From Nitrosomonas europaea (GTDB taxonomy: Bacteria > Pseudomonadota > Gammaproteobacteria > Burkholderiales > Nitrosomonadaceae): a stretch of DNA of 32,000 nucleotides. Location: positions 28,621-60,620 of the forward strand of contig NZ_FUWK01000011.1 of the NCBI RefSeq assembly GCF_900167395.1, in the 5' to 3' direction. Below are positions 25,832 through 32,000 of this stretch, piece by piece (the first letter of the stretch is position 1; the number at the start of each line of letters is the position of its first letter). A model generated the notes under the pieces. It had not been told where the DNA came from. It made no database searches and saw only the letters and a program-made list of their open reading frames with translations. Made by a program: the position numbers and the translations under genes.

Positions 25832-27928
25832 ATGCTATTCAAATCTCATCTCAGGTCGATTCTGAATATTAGCCCCCAGTCAGAAAATGAAGCTGAATCC
25901 AATGTAGTCCCCCTTTATACCGGTAAAACCGCATCCGACGACACCCTGCTGACCACGAACGATACTCCGGCACAGGAAGAGTATGATGCCCCTGCCGATG
26001 ACAGCAATGCCTCACGGCTGGAAGCCGAGAATCTCGCGATCCGGGAAGCCAAAAGCCGGATTGAGACCGAAGCTCGGGCACGTGTCACGGCAGAAGCGCG
26101 CGCCCGAGTGGAGGCCAGTGCCAGACTGGCAGCCGAAGCACGCATCAAGGCCGAGACCGCTGCAACGGAAGAAGCCAGGGCACGCGCCCGGGCAGAAGCA
26201 CTGGCTGCGCATGAAGCCCATGCACGCCAGGAGCTGGAAGCGAGACTGCGTCAGACTGTCGAGGATGGCCTGAAAGCAGAAAAAGAAACGGTTACCGCAC
26301 TGCGTGCCAAAGTGCAGGCAGAAGCCGCCACCACCGAAAAAGCACGGCGACGTTTACAGGAAGAAGCGCTTGCCTTGGAAAAATCCCGGGAAAGAGAACT
26401 GGCAGAGCAAAGAGCCATCGAGGCGGCCATCGCCAGACGAAGAACCCACGAAGAAGCGCTGAAAATAGCGCTTGCAGCTTCTGCAGCCGAAGCAGAAGCA
26501 ACTGCACTCGCCCGTGCAAGAATCGAAGAGGATGAGAAAAATATTGCACTGGCCAATGCCAAAGCCGAGGCTGAGCGTCAGGCGATCGAAGAAATCCGGC
26601 TGCGCACCGAAGCCGAGGCTGATCTGACATCAAAAGCCCAGCAAAAATTACAGGGTGAAATCAGTGCGCGAGAAGCGGAACAATCCCGGCTCGATGCTGA
26701 GAAGAAAGCGATCGAAGCTGCCCAATCCCGTCGCGATCTCGATCTGACCGCAAAATCGGAGGCGGAAGCACGTGCTGCAGCCGAACTGGAAGCCGCCACC
26801 GCCCAGCGCACCCGAATCGAAGCAGAACGGAAAGCCCGCGCCATGGCAGAACAAGTTGCCCTGGCTGAACAAGAAGCAGCCAACGCTGCTCTGGAACGTT
26901 CCCGGGCAGATACGCTACTGCTGGAGAAAACACGCGCACACACTCTTGCGGAAAACGAGGCATGCGCTGCGGCTGAAGCCCGCATGCAGGCAAAAGAACA
27001 GGAAACAGCCATTTTCAACGAAAAGGCACAAACCGATCAGGCAGTTACCGATACGATCAAGGAACGTATACAGGCCCAGGAAACCGCCATCCGGCGAGCA
27101 CGTGCCCGCGCAGCCGCGGAAGCGGTCGCCAGAAAAACAGCAGAAGATAAAATTACAGCAGAAACACACGCGGCAGAACTGGCTGAAAAACGCATTGCTC
27201 TGGACAGGCAGGTCGAGAAAGAAGCCAATGAACTGGCAGAAACTGAAGCACGCCTGATCGAAAACAAGAGAAAACAGGCCGAGGCCGTACAGCAAGCCAA
27301 ATCCGCTGCTGCTGCACGTATAGAAATGGAACAGAAACTGACCGAACTTTCGACCCGCATTGCCCAGAACCAGGTTATCGCCATGGCAAAAACGGAAGAA
27401 AGACTCAAGGCTGCTGAAACCGCTGCGGCAACCGTGTTGCATAAAATCAAGCTCGAATCTTCAGCGCTGAAGGCAATACAGGAACGTATAGAGCAGGATG
27501 CACTGGCCGTTGAACGTGCCATTGCCCGGGAAGCCGTCGAAGCGATGGCTGTAGAAGCAGCACTGGCCCGTATCCGAACCGACGAAGCTGCAATTGCACA
27601 GGCATCCCGGAAAATTCGGGAGGAAATTGAAACAACCAAAATGATTCAGGATTGTTTTGATGAGGAAATCCCGTCTGATACCGTCATGCATGATAAAGAA
27701 CAAGGCGATACTCATTCCTCTGATGACGGTGAAACCCTGCTGGCAGCTACGGAAGAACGCATGGCAGCGGAAACATCCGATGCGCTCGATGAATCCGACG
27801 ATTCAGCCAATCAACCGGAATCCGGCATGCTGAACGATCCGGTTCAGTCAGATGTCTCCGGCAACTCGATCGAATCCAATGACACTGAAGTATTACCGGA
27901 TAAATCAGAAACTGCTGAAATAGAATAA
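25832..27928 (+). CDS. Uncharacterised 698-aa Ala/Glu/Arg/Lys-rich helical (coiled-coil or single-alpha-helix) protein with acidic termini
   Basis: This is the only long sense ORF here. There is no TM segment or signal peptide. Residues ~60-640 are almost uninterrupted A/E/R/K, e.g. IETEARARVTAEARARVEASARLAAEARIKAETAATEEARARARAEALAAHEAHAR. The last ~90 aa are D/E/S-rich. The function is not recognisable. Confidence 0.75.
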   Translation: MLFKSHLRSILNISPQSENEAESNVVPLYTGKTASDDTLLTTNDTPAQEEYDAPADDSNASRLEAENLAIREAKSRIETEARARVTAEARARVEASARLAAEARIKAETAATEEARARARAEALAAHEAHARQELEARLRQTVEDGLKAEKETVTALRAKVQAEAATTEKARRRLQEEALALEKSRERELAEQRAIEAAIARRRTHEEALKIALAASAAEAEATALARARIEEDEKNIALANAKAEAERQAIEEIRLRTEAEADLTSKAQQKLQGEISAREAEQSRLDAEKKAIEAAQSRRDLDLTAKSEAEARAAAELEAATAQRTRIEAERKARAMAEQVALAEQEAANAALERSRADTLLLEKTRAHTLAENEACAAAEARMQAKEQETAIFNEKAQTDQAVTDTIKERIQAQETAIRRARARAAAEAVARKTAEDKITAETHAAELAEKRIALDRQVEKEANELAETEARLIENKRKQAEAVQQAKSAAAARIEMEQKLTELSTRIAQNQVIAMAKTEERLKAAETAAATVLHKIKLESSALKAIQERIEQDALAVERAIAREAVEAMAVEAALARIRTDEAAIAQASRKIREEIETTKMIQDCFDEEIPSDTVMHDKEQGDTHSSDDGETLLAATEERMAAETSDALDESDDSANQPESGMLNDPVQSDVSGNSIESNDTEVLPDKSETAEIE

Positions 27929-27966
27929 TCGGTCTACTCATTTCAACTTGAGATAAAATAAGCAAC

Positions 27967-29505
27967 ATGCCTCAAATGATCAGAACGGCAGCAGGGTACG
28001 CAATATGCCGATCTGCAGTCTTTCAGAATCAGGCTAATAACAATACAAAAAATCAGAGGGGAACAAGCGTGCTGAGAACCTTGTGTAAGACCTTATTGCC
28101 CCTGATACTGGCAACTGCCAGTGTCAAAGGGTTTGCCATGCACATAGAAGAAAAGACCACCCAGCTTCAGGATCAGCAACAGGTCAGCATCACCATTTAC
28201 AACGAAAATCTGGCCCTAGTCAGGGATCTGCGTCACGTTCCACTGGAAAAAGGAATAAACAAACTGGCCTGGTGTGACGTTTCTGCCCAAATACGCCCGG
28301 AAACAGCACTGTTGCGCACACCGGAAAAAACTTCCTCGATCCGGATGGTGGAACAGAATTTCGATTTTGACCTGCTCACCCCGGAAAAACTGCTGGAAAA
28401 ATATCTGGGGCGCAGTGTCAATGTCATTTACGTCAATCCTGCCACCGGTGCAGAAACCGTGGAAGCTGCCATCGTACTTTCTATCAGCGGGGGTGTCGTG
28501 CTGAAATTCAAGGATCGGATCGAAACCGGTACGCCGGGACGAATCGCCTTCCCCGATGTTCCCGGCAGCCTGCACGATCACCCCACTCTTTCACTGGTAC
28601 TGGATGGTGCCACTCCAGGAAAACATGAACTCGAATTATCCTACCTGACTTCCGGGCTTTCCTGGCAGGCTGATTACGTCGCCCGGCTCGATGCCAACGA
28701 TGGCCGGCTCGATCTCAGCGGACTGGTCACGCTGGCCAATCATAGTGGTATTGCCTACCCTGATGCTCATTTGCAGCTGGTTTCCGGAGAGGTCAATCAG
28801 GTTACTCCCGAGCCACCCCAGGCAAGAAAAATGATGGCCATGGTGGCTGATGCGGCTGAATATCAGGCAGTCAGAGAGGAATCATTATCCGAATATCATC
28901 TTTACTCCCTGCCCGTTCCCACTACACTGGCAGAGAATCAAAGCAAGCAGATCACACTGATGTCGGTAACGGATATTCCGGTCAGTCAGGAGTTTCTGTT
29001 GCGCGGCACGAATGCCTATTATTTCAGCAGATATTCCAATCTCGATGACAAGCTGAAGCCAGTAGTACTGATCCAGTTCAAGAACGAAGGAGAAGGATTG
29101 GGTGTGCCGTTACCCAGGGGAACCATACGCGTCTACCAGAATGACTCTCGCGATAATCTCCAGTTTTTAGGTGAAGATCACATCGACCATACTGCAAAAA
29201 ACGAAGAGGTTCGCGTAAAACTGGGCAAGGCTACCGATATTACGGCCATGCGGACTCAAACCGACTTTCAGCAACTGGATACCCCTTCTCGCCGTTTTAC
29301 CGAAACGGCTCACCAGATCGAAATCCATAATGCTCGTCAGGAAGCTGTCACGATTCGCGTACAGGAGCCCATCCCGGGTGACTGGATGATGATTTCAGAA
29401 TCCCAGCCACACACAAAATCTTCTGCCAATCTGGTCGAGTGGCTGGTCAAAGTTCCCACCAACCAGAAAACTATCCTCAGTTACCGGGTTCGAATCAAAC
29501 ACTGA
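27967..29505 (+). CDS. Secreted DUF4139 (TIGR02231/MuiA-like) domain protein
   Basis: ORF of 512 aa. The more likely start is GTG 28069 (GAGGGG 8 nt upstream), which gives the signal peptide MLRTLCKTLLPLILATASVKGFA. VSITIYNENLALVRDLRHVPLEKG... and ELSYLTSGLSWQADYVARLD...LDLSGLVTLANHSGIAYPDAHLQLVSG fit the DUF4140/DUF4139 pattern. Confidence 0.8.
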   Translation: MPQMIRTAAGYAICRSAVFQNQANNNTKNQRGTSVLRTLCKTLLPLILATASVKGFAMHIEEKTTQLQDQQQVSITIYNENLALVRDLRHVPLEKGINKLAWCDVSAQIRPETALLRTPEKTSSIRMVEQNFDFDLLTPEKLLEKYLGRSVNVIYVNPATGAETVEAAIVLSISGGVVLKFKDRIETGTPGRIAFPDVPGSLHDHPTLSLVLDGATPGKHELELSYLTSGLSWQADYVARLDANDGRLDLSGLVTLANHSGIAYPDAHLQLVSGEVNQVTPEPPQARKMMAMVADAAEYQAVREESLSEYHLYSLPVPTTLAENQSKQITLMSVTDIPVSQEFLLRGTNAYYFSRYSNLDDKLKPVVLIQFKNEGEGLGVPLPRGTIRVYQNDSRDNLQFLGEDHIDHTAKNEEVRVKLGKATDITAMRTQTDFQQLDTPSRRFTETAHQIEIHNARQEAVTIRVQEPIPGDWMMISESQPHTKSSANLVEWLVKVPTNQKTILSYRVRIKH

Positions 29506-29539
29506 GAAAACCGTTTCTATCTGCAGAGATCAGGACACT

Positions 29540-29567
29540 AACCGGACAATCCTCATTCTGTCCGGTT
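29540..29567. terminator. Hairpin between convergent genes (possible bidirectional terminator)
   Basis: AACCGGACA, 10-nt loop, TGTCCGGTT (9-bp stem), followed by TCTGATTTT on the + strand. The right arm overlaps the last codons of the hydrolase gene. Confidence 0.45.
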
Positions 29568-30521
29568 TCTGATTTTCAGCAGATAATCCCTGACCAGATT
29601 GATCTGATCCGCATCCATCAGCATGGGCGCATGCCCGATACCCGCCAGCTCGGTAATCTGCACATTGGACCGATGTAATTGCATTTCACCCGCTGTTTCA
29701 GGCGTCAATACGCCTGATTTCTCTCCCCGCAGCACCAGCACCGGAAGATCGAGCCTGTTCCAGTAGGCCCACAAATCGATATCCTTGATACGATCCGGCC
29801 TGAAACCGGATGAAATCGCCGGATCGTAACGGTAGCCAATCGTGCCATCCTCATATTCGCGCGCACTGTACAGTGCCAAATGATGCCATTGTGTATCTGT
29901 CAACGGACTATAAGGCAAGGCAGTAGCGCGCATGTGGGATTCCAGCTCACTCAGACTCCGGAAACGGGGATCCTTACCAATCGTGGTCGCAAACAGACTC
30001 AATATCCCGGAAGAGACATGCGGGCCGATATCACTCATCACCAGCGTTCTGAATCGGTAAGATACCGCGGGACGCTGGCGGGCAGCGAGCAGCATGCCGA
30101 TCAATCCACCCATCGATACCCCTACCCAGTAAATCCGGAAGCTGTCGCTGTCATTCTGCCGGTAAACATGTTCGAGCACATGCTCCATATCCGACACATA
30201 AGTTGCCGCCGAATTATAATCCTCAGCCTCTTTCAGCCAGTCGCTGCGCCCCCGCCCTGCCATATCGACACAAATCACTCTGAAATCCTGTTCCAGCGCT
30301 GCCGCAAGAAAATCGAAATCCCTGCAATTGCGTGTCAGGCCATGGGCACACACCACCACATGTTCATTTTTCGGATTTCCCCAATCTGTATACGCAAGCT
30401 GACGCCAGCCACGCCCGGATTTCATTTTTCCGGGTTGCGCCGGAACAGACAGAAACTTCCACGCTATAGCAGCAGAATTCTTCATAGCACCTTTTTCAGA
30501 ACTGAGTGAAATCGTATCCAC
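29553..30521 (-). CDS. Alpha/beta-fold hydrolase
   Basis: 322-aa ORF, with the likely start at ATG 30485 (MKNSAAIA). VVVCAHGLTRN (HG oxyanion), nucleophile elbow GVSMGG, and the C-terminal His in GIGHAPM. Confidence 0.85.
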   Translation of the reverse strand: MDTISLSSEKGAMKNSAAIAWKFLSVPAQPGKMKSGRGWRQLAYTDWGNPKNEHVVVCAHGLTRNCRDFDFLAAALEQDFRVICVDMAGRGRSDWLKEAEDYNSAATYVSDMEHVLEHVYRQNDSDSFRIYWVGVSMGGLIGMLLAARQRPAVSYRFRTLVMSDIGPHVSSGILSLFATTIGKDPRFRSLSELESHMRATALPYSPLTDTQWHHLALYSAREYEDGTIGYRYDPAISSGFRPDRIKDIDLWAYWNRLDLPVLVLRGEKSGVLTPETAGEMQLHRSNVQITELAGIGHAPMLMDADQINLVRDYLLKIRNRTE

Positions 30522-30747
30522 AGGGATTGTCAGGCTGTAACTGCATGAATGCTACTGCAGTTTATACAGCTCGATCCATCGAATACAAATACACTTACAA
30601 AACATATCTACGAATCACAGCATTACCAATATATCTGATAAGGTTTTCACTCATTCTTCAGCCGTTTACTTGCCATCCATGATGCTTTCTGGTATTGATG
30701 ACAAGTTTATTTTTCCTCAACTTACAAGGTGAACAACCAGAAGGAGT

Positions 30748-31182
30748 ATGCAACGAATGGGTAAACAACTGGAATCACGCACCATTCCCCCTTATGAGCC
30801 CAAAGCAGGCGAGGAATACATGAGCCCGGAGCAATTGGCACATTTCCGGAAAATACTGGAATACCAGCGGGCCGAACTCAGCATGGAAATCGATCGCGCC
30901 GTCCATGTCATGCAGGAAGAATCCACCATTTTCGCTGACCCGGCTGATCGGGCTACGCAAGAATCCGATATGGCACTGGAACTGCGCAGTCGCGACCGCG
31001 AGCGTAAACTGATCAAGAAAATTGACGAGATTTTCACCAAAATCGACTCAGGGGAATATGGCTATTGCGAGAAATGCGGTATCGAAATTGGCCTGAAACG
31101 GCTGGAAGCAAGACCAACCGCATCACTCTGCATCGACTGCAAAACGCTGGATGAAATCCGGGAAAGGCAAATGGCGAAATAA
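30748..31182 (+). CDS. dksA: RNA polymerase-binding transcription factor DksA
   Basis: 144 aa. The coiled coil has an acidic tip (ADPADRATQESD), and the C4 zinc finger is CEKCGIEIGLKRLEARPTASLCIDC. AAGGAG (30741-30746) is better spaced for the second ATG at 30757. Confidence 0.9.
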   Translation: MQRMGKQLESRTIPPYEPKAGEEYMSPEQLAHFRKILEYQRAELSMEIDRAVHVMQEESTIFADPADRATQESDMALELRSRDRERKLIKKIDEIFTKIDSGEYGYCEKCGIEIGLKRLEARPTASLCIDCKTLDEIRERQMAK

Positions 31183-31219
31183 CTGCCAGACAACCCGCAA
31201 GGCAAACAGTCACCACCTG

Positions 31220-31240
31220 ATTCCGGCAGAACGCCGGAAT
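31220..31240. terminator. Stem-loop downstream of dksA (weak terminator candidate)
   Basis: ATTCCGGC, AGAAC, GCCGGAAT: an 8-bp stem 38 nt after the dksA stop. There is no T-run, so the intrinsic-terminator call is weak. Confidence 0.3.
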
Positions 31241-31617
31241 CCAGATCAAATACTCTCATTTCCTTAGTTTTTTTCCAGCAGCCGGCGAAGGAATCAATCC
31301 ACCCATCCGTACCGGTTGCGCAAAGACGACCGGGGTCAGTTTCGTCGGCCACCCTCCAGCCGCAATAGTGCACGGTCAGCTGCTTCATGGCGCTTTCCTG
31401 CGCGGAGCACGGCTTACGCTGGCTGACAGCTTCGGTCTGTTCCATCTGAGCGATGGATTGGCGTTTCAGCAAGAACAGACCTTCCAGTTCCTCCACCAAC
31501 CCCAGAGCCTGGATCATCACGGCTCGAAGAGCCTCGCGATAACGGTTGGGGTTATCCGGGCTTCTTTTTCTTTCGGGAAGACTGGGTAAATGAATTGGAT
31601 TTCCACACTGGAAAAAG

Positions 31618-31640
31618 TTAGGGAGCCTCTGATTGAGTCC
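31618..31640 (+). repeat. Solo copy of the IS terminal inverted repeat (left arm of an inverted-repeat pair)
   Basis: TTAGGGAGCCTCTGATTGAGTCC is the reverse complement of 31882-31903 (GGACTCAATCGAGGCTCCCTAG) apart from one extra T. Weaker complementarity continues for ~12 nt inward on both arms. Confidence 0.6.
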
Positions 31641-31881
31641 CACATGGCCGCACACTGTGTTTTGCGGATGGAATGCAAGGCAAGTGAGGCAGTGAATGGT
31701 TAGCCCCTTCACAACGAGCTCAACGCTGCAGTCCGTCTGCAAAACCAGTGCCCCAAAGGGTTGCAGCAAAATCATGCGCTCACTGTGTCGCGCTCCTCGG
31801 CATCGTAGAATAGTAGAATAGCTACGACCTTCGTCGCGCTTCTTGCGATCATCACGATTTTGCCTGCAATGCGGTTCATGG

Positions 31882-31903
31882 AGGACTCAATCGAGGCTCC
31901 CTA
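31882..31903 (-). repeat. Inverted repeat at or over the 3' end of the transposase gene (right arm)
   Basis: See the left arm. The transposase stop codon (31900-31902) lies inside this repeat. Confidence 0.6.
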
Positions 31904-31999
31904 GTTGTTTAGTCCCACTTTGTGATGGTATGGATTGATGATAAAACGTTCAGGTTCGTTTTGCCAGCATTTGATGATGTATTCGTAAGGTGTGAGTCC
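31900..31999 (-). CDS. C-terminal end of an rve/DDE-type transposase (IS481-like family as I recall the motif); N-terminal part lies beyond the right edge
   Basis: My reverse translation of 31999-31900 is GLTPYEYIIKCWQNEPERFIINPYHHKVGLNN*. The ...LKGLTPYE.ICK.W..EP.RF..NP.H...GLN tail is the conserved C-terminus of a widespread integrase-core transposase family. It is not in the ORF track because it is cut by the window edge. Confidence 0.6.
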
Positions 32000-32000
32000 T

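Noticed and set aside
25915-27715. Many overlapping minus-strand ORFs (up to 200 aa) and alternative plus-frame ORFs inside the 698-aa gene
   Set aside because: They are a consequence of GCN/GAR codon repetition, whose reverse complement is stop-poor. The products are Ser/Ala/Cys/Phe low-complexity strings. Only the sense frame runs the whole length.
1-31999. CRISPR arrays, rRNA and tRNA genes
   Set aside because: I noticed no regularly spaced direct repeats and no rRNA- or tRNA-like sequence in the intergenic regions, but this was a manual scan only. tRNAscan-SE and Infernal would be the decisive check.

Overview
Chromosomal window from a flagellated Gram-negative bacterium, probably a beta- or gamma-proteobacterium. 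The repeat, TA and IS load is reminiscent of Nitrosomonas-type genomes, but I cannot verify that. The numbered sequence I received ends at base 31999.

(1) 1-16860, mostly minus strand: an ABC-transporter-dependent (Wzm/Wzt) polysaccharide or O-antigen locus. It starts with an RfaH paralogue and an exact ops element (GGCGGTAGCGTG) in the rfbB leader. Gene order is rfaH - ops - rfbB - [DUF4160/DUF2442 pair] - wzm ... wzt - methyltransferase/kinase-like/coiled-coil/glycosyltransferase fusion - WbsX-like glycosyltransferase. The last gene runs off the left edge and is missing from the ORF track. wzm and wzt are separated by about 7.1 kb. That gap holds a decayed Fic gene, a DUF4143 AAA-ATPase, an RHH/RelE pair, a parDE-like remnant, the ABC-F gene yheS, vapBC and higBA. 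Four copies or fragments of one composite intergenic repeat sit in the spacers.

(2) 17040-20978: a TauE/SafE permease and an alpha-glucan phosphorylase.

(3) 21236-25670: the flagellar operon fliLMNOPQR. It is followed on the same strand by an orphan 698-aa Ala/Glu/Arg-rich helical protein and a secreted DUF4139-type protein. I rate this pair the most interesting unexplained element.

(4) 29553-31999: an alpha/beta hydrolase, dksA, an inverted-repeat pair and the 3' end of an rve-type transposase.

No rRNA, tRNA or CRISPR array was seen.
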